Positions 47,995 to 60,976 are shown, numbered from the stretch's first letter. The stretch is DNA of 64,000 bases from Octopus sinensis (GCF_006345805.1 NC_043023.1:15934001-15998000); one strand, 5' to 3'. Made by a program: numbers and translations. Notes: generated from the letters alone by a model not told the origin.

Positions 47995-48540
47995 ATTCTT
48001 TTATTTGTTTCTGTCATTCGATTGCGGCCATGCTGGAGCACCGCCTTTAGTCAAACAAATCTACCCCAGGACTTATTCTTTGTAAGCCTAGTACTTAATC
48101 CATTGGTCTCTTTTGCCGAACCGCTAAGTTTACTCTTTTACTTGTTTCAGTCATTTGACTGTGGCCATGCTGGAGCACTGCCTTTAGTCAAGCAAATCGA
48201 TCCCACGACTTATTCTTTGTAAGCCTAGTACTTAATCCATTGGTCTCTTTTGCTGAACCGCTAAGTTTACTCTTTTACTTGTTTCAGTCATTTGACTGCG
48301 GCCATGCTGGAGCACTGCCTTTAGTCAAACAAATCGACCCCAGGACTTATTCTTTGTAAGCCTAGTACTTAATCCATTGGTCTCTTTTGCCGAACCGCTA
48401 AGTTTACTCTTTTACTTGTTTCAGTCATTTGACTGTGGCCATGCTGGAGCACTGCCTTTAGTCAAGCAAATCGATCCCACGACTTATTCTTTGTAAGCCT
48501 AGTACTTAATCCATTGGTCTCTTTTGCTGAACTGATTAGT
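47995..48540 (-). mobile_element. Four tandem SINE family 1 tail units
   Basis: About 150-bp units arranged as an AB-AB dimer repeat. Confidence 0.88.
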
Positions 48541-48722
48541 TAAAGGGATCTACCAGCATCGGTTGTCAGGGGATGCGGAGGACAAACACTGACATACAAA
48601 CATATACTTTTATATATATAAATGCGACGGACTTCTTTCAGTTTCCGTCTACCAAATCCACTCACAAGACTTTGGTCGGCCCAAGGTGCTGTGCAGTGGG
48701 ACTGAACCTGGAACCATGCAGT

Positions 48723-49116
48723 CTTTTTCTAGCGGTGTCATATGAAATTGTCACCCATAATTATGACCCTAGTATCGATCTATTGCATTTCAATCTGTTT
48801 TAGGGTTAGTTAGGGGTGGGGTAAGGGTATCTTTTTTTCTTCACAAATGTAAATAAACCCATGCTGTTTCTTAAACGAGGGACATATTCATACGGCACAG
48901 AATGTTTTTTTACCTCAATAAACGTCAGTGATTGGTTGAAATTGCAGAAACTGAAGAAAAAAAAACAACAAATATCTTACAAACCATAGAATTTTCTTAA
49001 TAAAGCCAAGAGAAAAAGATGTTTTATAAACACATTCTACCAGTATACGAAGTTTAAAAGTGTTTAGTTACGTGGAAATTATTTTTTTAAAAATGCCGGT
49101 CAAACGGAAAAGATCC
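48723..49116 (+). mobile_element. Near-complete copy of the unclassified GGATC-ended MITE (about 400 bp)
   Basis: The right end is ...ccggtcaaacggaaaagatcc. The left part (tttttctagcggtgtc...) matches inverted copies at 56830-57095 and 57180-57432, which end in the same 29-bp motif, so it is a TIR. Confidence 0.75.
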
Positions 49117-49221
49117 AAGAAAAACTACTACAGAAGCAAACCTTAAAATTGTCAAGTTACAAACTTTTAATTTGTATAAATATTTTGAAAATATTCACGC
49201 AATTGTTATCATTATAAGTGG

Positions 49222-49830
49222 GAAGGCAGTGAGCTGGCAGAAACGTTAGCATGTCAGGCGAAATGCTTAGCAGTATTTTGTCTGCTGTTACGTTCTGAGT
49301 TCAAATTCCGTCGAGGTCGACTTTGCCTTTCATCCTTTCGGGGTCAATTAAATAAGTACCAGTTACGCACAGGGGGGTTGATATAATCGACTTAATCCAT
49401 CTGTCTGTCCTTGTTTGTCCCTTCTGTGTTTAGCCCTTTGTGGGTAGTAAATAAATAGGTATTTCGTCTGCTGTTACGTTCTGAGTTCAAATTCTGCCGA
49501 AGTTGACTTTGTCTGTCGTCCTTTCGGGGGTCGATAAATTAAGTACCAGTTATGCACTGGGGTCCATATAATCAACTTAATCCGTTTGTCTGTTCTTCTT
49601 TGACCCTTCTGTGTTTAGCCCCTTGTGGGCAATAAAGAAATAAGAATAGTATGCATGCCAGGTAAAATGCTTAGCGGCAATTTGTCTGTTCTTATTTTCT
49701 GAGTTCAAATTCCACTGAGGTCAGCTTTGCTTCTTATTGCTTTGGGGTCAATGAAATAAGTCCCAGTTACACCATGGGGTCGATGTAATCAACTAGCCCC
49801 CTTCCACAAAATTTCAGGTTTTGTGTCTGT
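49222..49830 (+). mobile_element. SINE family 3, tandem copies
   Basis: Head ggcagtgagctggcagaaacgttagc and repeated cores. Another copy lies at about 52065-52275. Confidence 0.82.
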
Positions 49831-49847
49831 AGAAGAAAGGTTTATTA

Positions 49848-50090
49848 TTGGGTTGGTTCGTAATTATTGCAGCTTTTTTTCAACAAATTTTATTCATCAA
49901 AAACGATAAAAATATTTAACAAAAACATCTTTAAATGATGGTCTGACCGTCTGCCAAGCAAATGGGAAGCAGTAATTGAAGTAGATGGTGAATATGCTCC
50001 GGAAAAATCACTTAAAGATGCTTTTGTTACATGTTATTGCTTTTATAAAATTTGTTGCAAAAATGCTGCAATAATTATGCACCAACCCAA
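49848..50090. mobile_element. Mariner-derived MITE
   Basis: TA|TTGGGTTGG...CCAACCCAA|TA; it retains the transposase C-terminus ...KWEAVIEVDGEYAPE. Confidence 0.85.
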
Positions 50091-52439
50091 TATTATTAAT
50101 GATAATTATCAACCATTGTACAAACAATAACTCTGAGCACCTTTTCAAACTCCACCCATCTAACACCCGTGGACATATTTACAAAGTCAGAAAACAGCAC
50201 AGCTCCCATGACTTTAGGAAACATTTTTTCATGCTAAGAGTTGCTGAAGCATGGAACAAACTGCCGGCATAAGTTGTTAGTTGTCGGAGCACTACATCCT
50301 TCAAAACTTCCATGCTTCCTGAGATTCGCCAACACCACACCTGAGCTTTCTCCCCTCCATACACACACAAGCACGTATCTGACTCATACACTGTTCGCTT
50401 TCCAGACATTTGTACATTACTGCATGTACTTTATATGCACTGTCAGACAAGTTGTGGTGCACCTGAGCACTGTATACAATAATTTCAATATTATTTTTAT
50501 ATCATAAATATCAAATGGAAATTGTAGTTGTGATACCTGTGCCGGTGGCATGTGAAAAGCACAACCGAAAGTGACCGATGGCAGCGGCACCTTGACTGGC
50601 TTCTGTGCCAGTGGCACTTGATCTGCTGTGCTTGAGGAGACCTATTGAGTCAAGTACATCAACATTAAAATAAATATCAAATGGAAATTATAGTTGTGAT
50701 ACCTGCGCCGGTGGCACATAAAAAGCCCCATGCGAACGTGGCCGATGCCAGCCCTGCCTTGGCTGGCTTCTGTGCCGGTGGCACGTAAAAAGCACCAGCC
50801 GATCGTGGCTGTTGCCAGCCTCCCCTGGCACCTGTGCTGGTGGCACGTAAAAGCATCCAGCTGTAGAAATACTGCCAGATCAGACTGGAGCCTGGTGCAG
50901 CCTTCTGGTTTCCCAGATCCCCGGTCGAACCGTCCAACCCATGCCAGCATGGAAAACAGACTTTAAACGATATGATGGGTCCCTTGTATGGAGAGATAAA
51001 ACATGATGGTCAAGGGTGGAAATCCTTTATCCCTTTGGCATTCACATTTTTCTATCAAATCAACACTTATTCATCCACATTGTTTTAAATTAATCATGCT
51101 TTGAGATTTTGGTGATGTGATTGTTTATCATTAGAATGACATTGTAGGATAGGTGTGAGAGGCCAAATCTTGTTAGTTTGAACATAACACAAGAAAAATA
51201 TTTGGACTGGATATGGTTGGATTACATTCTAAATGGTTAATCACAGACCTACAAGCATGTAAAAGCACCCACTACACTCGCGGAGTGGTTGGCATTAGGA
51301 AGGACATCCAGCTGTAGAAACACTGCCAGATCAGACTGGAGCCTGGTGCAGCCTTCTGGCTTCCCAGACCCCTGTCGAACTGTCCAACCCTTTCTAGCAC
51401 AGAAAACGGATGTTAAACGGTGATGATGATGATGATGATATAAACGTATGTATGTATATATATATGTGTATATATATATATGCACCCACTACACTCACGG
51501 AGTGGTTGGCATCAGGAAGGGCATCTAGATGTAGAAACTCTGCCAGATCAGACTGGAGCCTGGTGCAGCCTCCTGGCTTCCCAGACCCCAGTCGAACCGT
51601 CCAACCCTTTCTAGCACGGAAAACGGACGTTAAACGATGATATATATATATGGCAAAACATGAGAGCTTCATGAAGTAGGTGTTTTGAAGAAACAATTTG
51701 ATTCCCCACTCTCCAAGGTCCCTGATGACCCCTACATCACAGCAAGAAAACTCAAAAGAGGGCAGTAGTGTCAAACTCCCTCCTGCATTGACTGCCAATC
51801 ACATAAGACTGGGCAGTGAAAAGATGATTATACTGGTGATGCCCCAGCATGGTCACAACCTTAAAGCTGAAACATGTAAAAAGCACCCATTACACACTGT
51901 AAAGTAGTTGGCGTTAGGAAGGGCATCCAGCTGTAGAAACACTGCCAGATCAGACTGGAGCCTGGTGCAGCCTTCTGGCTTCCCAGACCCCAGTCAAACC
52001 GTCCAACCCTTTTTAGCACGGAAAACGGACTTTAAACGATGATGATGATGATGATGATGATGAAGCAAGCTGGCAGAACTGTTAGCACATCGGGCAAAAT
52101 ACTTAGCAGCTTTTTGTCAGTCATTACTTTCTGAGTTCAAATTCCACCGAGGTCAACCTTTCCTTTCATCCTTTCAGGGTCAATCAATTAAGTACCAGTG
52201 AAATATGGTGGTCGATGTAATCGACTAGTTCCCTCCCCCAAAATTTCATGCTGTGTGCCTCTACTAGAAAGGATTATTATTATTATTATCATTATTATTA
52301 TAAATCACTTCCTTACTGTTTATCTTCAAATTGACTTTTCCAATGTTGAGGTGGTTGTCATAAAATGTCCAAGATGAACGTTTTGTATCCAAAGAGAGAG
52401 AATTTAAAAAAAAAAAACTTGTGGATTTAGCAGTCAGTC

Positions 52440-52447
52440 ATATATGC

Positions 52448-52483
<36 letters not shown>

Positions 52484-52489
52484 ACATAT

Positions 52490-52531
<42 letters not shown>

Positions 52532-52848
52532 ACACATATACATATATATATATATACACACATATACATATATATATATACACACATATACATATATATA
52601 CACACATATACATATATGCACACATATACATATATATATACATACATATATGCACACATACACATACACACACACATACATATATACATATACATACATA
52701 CATATATATATATATTCATACATATATACACACATATATAATATATACATATACATACATACATATATATATATACATACATACATATATACACAGATAC
52801 ATAATATATACATATATATTTACATACATTGATATATATATATATACA
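52440..52848. repeat. Long mixed (TA)/(CA) microsatellite
   Basis: Low-complexity sequence that produces the spurious YIYI and HTHT ORFs. Confidence 0.97.
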
Positions 52849-53418
52849 GTTAATCCAAACAAGAAAACACAACAACGCGAGGATGTGGAACAAATATAGT
52901 ATTATTGGACGCTCAGGAAAGAAGGAAAGAAGGAGGGTTTAACGTTTCGAGCGGAGCTCTTTGTTGGAAACATAGGAGAAGGAAAGATCCAGAGAAGGGA
53001 AGACAGAGGTAAAAAATCACCAACTGTACACGCGCGGTCACATATACGTTTATATCATCATCATCATCATTATCATCATCATTGTTTAACGTCCGGTTGG
53101 ACGATTTGAGTGAGGACTGGCGAACCAGATGGCTGCACCAGGCTCCAATCTTGATCTGGCAGAGTTTTTACAGCTGGATGCCCTTCCTAACGCCAACCAC
53201 TCCAAAAGCATAGTGGGTGCTTTTTACATGCCACTGGCATGAGGGTCAGTTAGCTGCTCTGGGAACTATCACCCTTGGATGGTGCTCTTGGCACCCTGCT
53301 AGCACGGGCACAAGTTTTGTTATGCGATGTATGTATATATCTGTGAATGCTTCTTCCCACCACTATTTGATAACCGGTGTTGGTTTGTTTATGGCCCTAC
53401 AACATCGAGAATAAGTAA

Positions 53419-54137
53419 TAGGCGCAGGAGTGGCTGTGTGGTAAGTAGCTTGCTAACCAACCACATGGTTCCGCGTTCAGTCCCACTGCATGGCATCTTG
53501 GGCAAGTGTCTTCTGCTATAGCTTCGGGCCGACCAAAGCCTTGTGAGTGGATTTGGTAGATGGAAACTGAAAGAAGCCCGTCTTATATATGTATATATAT
53601 GTATGTATGTATGTGTGTGTGTGTGTTTGTCCCCCTAGCATTGCTTGACAACCGATGCTGGTGTGTTTACATTCCTGTCACTTAGCGGTTCAGCAAAAGA
53701 GACCAATAGAATAAGTACTGGGCTTACAAAAGAATAAGTCCCGGGGTCGAGTTGCTCGATTAAAGGCGGTGCTCCAGCATGGCCACAGTCAAAATGACTG
53801 AAATAAGTAAAAGAGTAAAAGAGATACATACACACATTAACATATACACACTATTACATACACAAATATACACTAAGATCTTCTAAACCCCCACACATAG
53901 ATTTGCATATATAATCATAATATAACAGAGAACAATACGGGAAAACCCCACGCATACATTTGCATATATAATCATAATATAACAGAGAACAATACGGGAA
54001 ACCCCACTCATACATTTGCATATATTTACATAAATATACATATATAAATCCACATATACGTAGACTAAACCGAATACTACTGCATTCATGTATGCATGTA
54101 TTGGTATACATTTACATCTGTTGTTTAATATTAAGCA

Positions 54138-54174
<37 letters not shown>

Positions 54175-54562
54175 GGGCGCAGGAGTGGCTGTGTGGTAAG
54201 TAGCTTGCTAACCAGCCACATGGTTCCGGGTTCAGTCCCACTGCGTGGCATCTTGGGCAAGTGTCTTCTGCTATAGCCCCAGACCGACCAATGCCTTGTG
54301 AGTGGATTTGGTAGACGGAAACTGAAAGAAGCCTGTCGTATATATGTATATATATATATGTATGTGTGTGTGTGTTTGTGTGTCTGTGTTTGTCCCCCTA
54401 GCATTGCTTGACAACCGATGCTGGTGTGTTTATGTCCCCGTCACTTAGCGGTTCGGCAAAAGAGACTGATAGAATAAGTACTGGGCTTACAAAGAATTTG
54501 CTCGACTAAAGGCGGTGCTCCAGCATGGCCGCAGTCAAATGACTGAAACAAGTAAAAGAGAG
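53419..54562 (+). mobile_element. Two full-length SINE family 1 copies (about 53419-53822 and 54176-54562)
   Basis: Complete heads and tails. Confidence 0.9.
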
Positions 54563-55124
54563 TAGAGTATATATATTCCTTCCCTTATATGAAGTAATCT
54601 ACGCAGTATTCATTCTATGTCGTGGAGTCTAACAATACCACGTACGCCTTTGAGGATTAACTTTCCCAATGACACTCGGTTTTTTCTCAAACTCTTTCTC
54701 AAACCTGTTATAATGTGATACAAGTCTTTGGTGCAGCAATTGTACGCGGCTGAAGAAGGCTTTTGATCTATCTGTTATATCAATTATGCATTGATATAAA
54801 TTGTTCAATAAAGCCAGAAACATATGTACCGCAAAATCCTTTGCGTCCTGTTTTTCATGTACTTCATTTGATACATATATCCTATCACCTATGTCACTAT
54901 GCCACAAATTTCTCACATTATTTTCTCACATGCTTACAGTTATCAAGTATTCACCCTGAATTTATTCATCATCATCATCGTCGTTTAACGTCCGTTCTCC
55001 ATGCTAGCATGGGTTGGACGGTTTGACCGGGGTTCTGGGAAGCCAGAAGGCTGCACCAGGCTCCAGTCTAATCTGGCAATGTTTCTACAGCTGGATGCCC
55101 TTCCTAACGCCAACCACTCCGTGG

Positions 55125-55154
<30 letters not shown>

Positions 55155-55158
<4 letters not shown>

Positions 55159-55920
55159 ATATTGTATAGAGGGCATTATTACACATAAATGCCTCACACT
55201 AAGAGGGACAAAGTCATTACTACCAAAATTATACTAATCATACCCAAATGCAGTTTTCAAAGCAGACATTTAAAAACTGAATTTAGTTCTGTATCACCGT
55301 GATTTCACATTCAACTTACGTCTAATGATCATCAGCAGAACTGATTCTGAACACATCATAAATAAACTACCAACCTTACGTAGCGAAGACGAACAACAAC
55401 TGCTCACTCCGACCAAGCACATGGAATGTTTATAAATCATATATCCGGTAAATGGCGGGCTTTTTACGAACTGCATGTCGGGTAATGAAAAGTATTTCGG
55501 ATAAGTTTAACAATTAAGGATAATCTCTTAATAAGGGATCTTAACAAGAAATTATCGGGTAGCTAGCGTGAAAACCTCATAAAAGAAAAGAATTCGAAAA
55601 TAATTTTTTTTCTTATGATCATTAGACGTAAGTTGAATGTGAAATCACGGTGATACAGAACTAAATTCATTTTTTAAATGTCTTGCTTTGAAAAACTGCA
55701 TTTGGTATGATTAGTATAATTTTGGTAGTAATGACTTTGTCCCTCCTAGTGTGAGGTCATTTATGTGTAATAATGCCCTCTATACAATATAGATATATTA
55801 ATTTGTTCAAAAGAAAAAAATTATTTTCGAATTCTTTTCTTTTATGAGGTTTTCCACGCTAGCTACCCGATAATTTCTTGTTAAGATCCCTTATTAAGAG
55901 ATTATCCTTAATTGTTAAAC

Positions 55921-55922
<2 letters not shown>
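55155..55922. mobile_element. Inverted-module element (A-B-C-A'-C'), Penelope-pLTR-like, carrying a hammerhead fold
   Basis: 55155-55332 is inverted at 55616-55790 and 55505-55612 is inverted at 55812-55922. It is flanked by (TA)n, and module A recurs at about 63000-63230. Confidence 0.65.
55285..55342 (-). ncRNA. Putative type-I hammerhead ribozyme
   Basis: Minus strand: AGUUCUG-CUGAUGA-UCAU..AUGU-GAAA-UCACGGUG-AUA-CAGAACU. Stem I is a perfect 7 bp and the core is intact, but there is a U.U at the base of stem II. Confidence 0.6.
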
Positions 55923-55954
<32 letters not shown>

Positions 55955-56143
55955 AGTAGATGAATGAATTATCCTAGTATGGATAATTCGGTTAATCAAT
56001 ACCTGGGTAGCAAATTCACGTCAGTAAAACACAGTTGAAGTTACATGACAAGGGCCGAACCCCGTGTTCGTGTGTGGAAATTTGTGTGTTTTTTTATATG
56101 AATAAATGAAAAGAATGGAGTCGAACGAAGATTTTAACAAAAT

Positions 56144-56239
56144 TCCTTTACTTTCGACATATGTTTCGTAGACTGCATACTCTTAATTCCGAAGGAATGA
56201 AGGTTGCATTATGCTGTCTTCTCATCAGGAAATACAAGG
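56144..56239 (-). ncRNA. Putative type-I hammerhead ribozyme
   Basis: Minus strand: UUUC-CUGAUGA-G(A)AGACAGCAU...AUGCAGUCU(A)C-GAAA-C AUAU G-UC-GAAA. It has an intact core, a palindromic CAUAUG stem III and a GUC site (cleavage predicted between 56156 and 56155). Confidence 0.7.
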
Positions 56240-56829
56240 AAACTCTATCAGGCTCAAGACAAACAAAAGCTTCTTACCGTCTGCCTACATGGTTTCCACA
56301 GTGATAATGAGTATTTATTTAAAATAATCTGTTATAAGCAATGATGTCAAAATTGGATGGAAAGAGGAAGTTATAAAAAAATAGGAAGCGGACAGTATGT
56401 ATGCTGTATGTATGGGGATTGACGGGTGTATGTTTTGTTAATGAGTTTGAGTGTTTGTCTGTGTGTATGAGTGTGTGTATATAACTGCATCTGTGTCTGT
56501 GTGTTTGTGTTTGCAAATGCATGTGTGTGGGGGGGAACAATTGTCAAATATATATAGTATTAATGTGAGAAATTTGTGTCTGTGTGTTTGATTGTGTGCA
56601 TGATAGAGAGAGAGAGAGAGAGAGAGAGGGGTAGGGGTAGAGAGAAAGAGATAAACATACGCCAACTATATTTAATGTTTGATGCAACAGAATAGAGAGG
56701 AAGCATTTGTCTACGGTAGTGGTGTAGATGTGAAAGTAATTATTAAAACCAAAGAGGTTATCTATATTATTTATTATTTATATGAGTGGAAGGTGTGTTT
56801 TTGCCATATAGGTGTAAACATTGGCAAAA

Positions 56830-57520
56830 ACACACATTGCCAATGTTTACATTTCAACCAATCAATGATGTCTATTGAGGTAAAAAACATTCTGTGCCGT
56901 ATGAATATGTCCCTCGTTTAAGAAACAGATTGGGTTTATTTACATTTCTGAAGAAAAAAAGGTACCCTTCTCCCTACCCTTCCCCCTAACCCTAAAACAG
57001 ATTGAAATGCAATAGATCGATACTAGGGTCATAATTATGGGTGACAATTTCATATGACACCGCTAGAAAAAAACTGCCGTTCAAACGGAAAAGATCACAG
57101 CCGTTGCCTGCTTTATGATTTACGACGTTCAACTTCACGATTGCCTCTACATTATCAGCTCTATCACTTGTGGAAAGCTATGAATTTCAACCAATCAGTG
57201 ACGTCTATTGAGGTAAAAAAAACATTCTGTGCCGTATGAATATGTCCCTCGTTTAAGAAACAGATTGGGTTTATTTACATTTGTGAACAAAAAAAGATAC
57301 CCTTCTCCCTACCCTTCCCCCTAACCCTAAAACAGATTGAAATGCAATAGATCGATACTAGGGTCATAATTATGGGTGACAATTTCATATGACACCGCTA
57401 GAAAAAAACTGCCGTTCAAACGGAAAAGATCACAGCCGTTGCCTGCTTTATGATTTACGACGTTCAACTTCACAATTGCCTCTACATTATCAGCTCTATC
57501 ATATGTGGAAAGCCATGAAT
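56830..57520 (-). mobile_element. Tandem duplication (about 335 bp) of a GGATC-family left half plus flank
   Basis: Two near-identical units ending aaaaaactgccgttcaaacggaaaagatc-acagccgttgcc... Confidence 0.85.
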
Positions 57521-57789
57521 TTTTTTACAGGGGTGATTGTCTCCTACACCAGTGACCAATTCGCTACCAACTCCGGTCAGAAAAACAGGCATACCTCGCT
57601 AAAGGCTTTAGTACTTGGATCGATCATCATCATCATCATCATCATTTAGCGTCCGCTTTCCATGCTAGCATGGGTTGGACGGGTCAACTGGGGTCTGGGA
57701 AGCTGGAAGGCTTCGTCAGGCCCAGTCAGATCTGGCAGTGTTTCTACGGCTGGATGCCCTTCCTAACGCCAACCACTCCGCGAGTGTAG

Positions 57790-58205
57790 TGGGTGTTTTT
57801 AACGTGCCACCTGCACAGGTGCCAGACAGAGCTGGCGAACGGCCACGAACGGACGGTGCTTTTACGTGTCACCGGCACGGGGCCAGGCGATGCTGGCAAC
57901 GGCCACGAACGGATGGTGCTTCTACGTGCCACCGACACGGGTGCCAGACGGGGCTGGCAAACAGCCACGAACGGACGGTGCTTTTACGTGTCACCGGCAC
58001 GGGGCCAGGCGATGCTGGCAACGGCCACGAACGGACGGTGCTTCTACGTGCCACCGACACGGGTGCCAGACGGGGCTGGCAAACAGCCACGAACGGACGG
58101 TGCTTTTACGTGTCACCGGCACGGGGCCAGGCGATGCTGGCAAACAGCCACGAATGGACGGTGCTTCTACGTGTCACCGGCACGGGGGCCAGCCGAGGCT
58201 GGCAA
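57790..58205. repeat. Minisatellite of about 60-bp units arranged as alternating A/B dimers inside a SINE family 2 copy
   Basis: Alternation of ...tttacgtgtcaccggcacggggccaggcgatgctggc and ...tctacgtgccaccgacacgggtgccagacggggctggc. Confidence 0.9.
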
Positions 58206-58411
58206 CGATCGGTTAAAAATACTTCAAGGTCATGATTCGATTGAATAAAAGATAAGAGATGACTCATATGCATTATCACGGCTGTTTGCTATTTTTAAAA
58301 AGAATTTTATCTTTTGGAAATTTTATCTTTTGGAAATAGCTGTGTAGCTACTCACGTTGTGTTGAATGTGAAATGAAAAGAATGATAAATAGATAATAAA
58401 ATGAGATATAG

Positions 58412-58454
<43 letters not shown>

Positions 58455-58554
58455 NNNNNNNNNNNNNNNNNNNNNNNNNNNNNNNNNNNNNNNNNNNNNN
58501 NNNNNNNNNNNNNNNNNNNNNNNNNNNNNNNNNNNNNNNNNNNNNNNNNNNNNN
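58455..58554. other. Assembly gap (100 N)
   Basis: Run of N following a (GT)n tract. Confidence 1.
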
Positions 58555-59590
58555 CTGGACCAGGCTACGTGTGTGTGTTCTTGAGCAAGACACTTTATTT
58601 CAACGTTGCTCCAGTTCCACTCAGCTGTAGAAATGAGTTGCGACGTCACTGGGTGCCAAGCTGTATCGGCCCCTTTGCCTTTCCCTTGGATAACATCAGT
58701 GGCGTGGAGAGGGGACCCCTGGTCTTCCATAAACAACCTTGCCCGGACTTGTGCTTCAGAGGGGAACTTTCTAGTGCAGCAATCCCACGGTCAGTGTCTG
58801 ACCGAAGGGGGGTCTCAAATATAATGTTGTGTCTGTGTTTGTCCCCCCAACATTGCTTGACAACCAATGATGGTGTGTTTCCGGCCCTGTCACTTAGCAG
58901 TCGGCAAAAAACAACGACCGAAAAGAATAAGTCCTGGGGTCGATTTGTTTGACTAAAGGTAGTGCTCCAGCATGGCCGCAGTCTAAAATGACTGAACAAG
59001 TGAAAGAGTAAACTTAGCGGTTCGACAAAAGACACCGATAGAATAAGTACTAGGCTTACAAAGAAAAGCCCCGGAGGAGCGATTTGCTCGACTAAAGGCA
59101 GTGCTCCAGCATGGCCACAGTCAAAATGACTGAAACAAGTAAAAGAGTAAAGAGTATACTTTTCTGGTTGTAAATATGTTTTTCTTACATACACACACAC
59201 ACTCACTCCTACATACCTTAATGCATTGTGGGGGGGGGGGGCTAAAGTTTTAATAAATTTTTTTGTTGTTGCTTTCACACACTCCATAAAAATATATCAC
59301 TCACGCTGATTGTGTGTATGTGTGTAGGATGGGATTTTAATGAAAGGTATATAAAAGAGATTTATTTTAATAGCATAATTTTCTAGCATAATTTTTGCGT
59401 TGTAAATATAGGTGCAGGAGTGGCTGTGTGGTAAGTAGCTTGCTTGCCAACCACATGGTTCCGGGTTCAGTCCCACTTCAGCAAGGTCTTCTACTATAGC
59501 CTCAGGCCCGACCAAATCCTTGTGAGTGAATGGTAGACGGAAACTGAAAAGAAGCTCGTCGTATATATGTGTGTATATATATATATTTAT

Positions 59591-59925
59591 GAAGGTGCAT
59601 GGCTCAGTGGTTAGAGCATCAAGCTTGCGATCGTGAGGTTGTGAGCTCGAATCCTGGACCAGGCTGTGTGTTGTGTTCTGGAGCAAGACACTTTATTTTA
59701 CGTTGCTCCAGTTCACTCAGCTGTAGAAATGAGTTGCGACGTCACTGGTGCCAAGCTGTATCGGCCCCTTTGCCTTTCCCTTGGATAACATCAGTGGCGA
59801 GGAGAGGGGAGGCCGGTATGCATGGGCGACTGCTGGTCTTCCATAAACAACCTTGCCCGGACTTGTGCCTGGGAGGGTAACTTTCTAGGTGCAATCCCAT
59901 GGTCAGTCATGACCGAAGGGGGTCC
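59591..59925 (+). mobile_element. tRNA-headed SINE family 5 (a second copy at about 58555-58815)
   Basis: GGTGCATGGCTCAGTGGTTAGAGC...TCGAATCC head, then a GTGTTCT(T/G)GAGCAAGACACTT...CACTCAGCTGTAGAAATG central domain. Confidence 0.82.
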
Positions 59926-60976
59926 TAGATATATGTGTGTGTTTGTGTGTCTGTTTTTGTCCCCCTCCCACCCCCAACATCGCTTGACAACCGATGCTGG
60001 TGTGTTTACGTCCCTGTAACTTAGCGGTTCAGCAAAAGAGCTCGATAGAATAAAGTACTAAGCTTACAAAGAATAAGTCCTGGGGTCGATTTGCTCGACT
60101 AGAGGCGGTGCTCCAGCATGGCCGCAGTCAAATGACCGAAACAAGTAAGAGTAAAAGAGCATGCATTTTCTTACACACACACACACACACACATGTACAC
60201 ATGGCCTTGCTTAGTGTGAGAGAATGATGGTGTTGTTGTTGTTGGTGGTAGTGGTGGTGGTGGTTAAAAATTAAAATTACAATTTTGCTTTTGTTTTTGG
60301 TTGTTTAAACCCTGTACAGTGATTACATCCATAATTCTGTCTTACATTCTTGTTTCTCTATTATTCCAGAATACCAGAAACAGCGAAGAATTTTTTCACA
60401 CGAGACATCATCAACATTGATAATATTCTCAAAGCCTGTTTACATCAATATCTCTATGGTAGAATTGCTGAGAAATATTTCTTTAGAACTGAGATAAATA
60501 TCAACATTTGTCTTCTTCGCTGCTTAAAAAGTTTACAAACTGATTTTGTATTTGATTGAACTTGGATTAAGAAGGCTGAAGATTTCAGTTGAAGGAAACA
60601 CAGCTGTAATTGTATTTGTTGGGAATATACTACAAGCTGAAAGAGAAGAAATCTTGGGGTTTTGTGTTGAGGGAGAACCAAAATAAAATGATGGAAAACG
60701 AATTGAATCTATAACTCTATGGTAGAATTGCTGGAAATATTTCTTTAGAACTGAGAAAAATATCAACATTTGTCTTCTTCACTGCTTAAAAAAGTTTACA
60801 AACTGATTTTGTATTTTGATTGAACTTGGATTAAGAAGGCTGAAGCGGCTTGAGATAATCGCGAAAGATTTCAGTTCAAGGAAACACAGCTGTGATTGTA
60901 TTTGTTGCGAATATAATACAAGCTCAAAGAGAAGGAATCTTGGGTGTTTTGTGTTGAGGGAGAACCACCAAATAAA

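Noticed and set aside
54629-54916. 95-aa minus-strand ORF in unique sequence with a DRSKAF motif faintly like RT
   Set aside because: There is an in-frame stop between the nearest acceptor and the ORF, no ATG start, and no other RT motifs. It cannot be supported without a homology search.
59591-59665. tRNA gene candidates (also about 1560-1633 and 46277-46345)
   Set aside because: The acceptor stem and anticodon arm are degenerate and each continues into a SINE body, so they are SINE heads.
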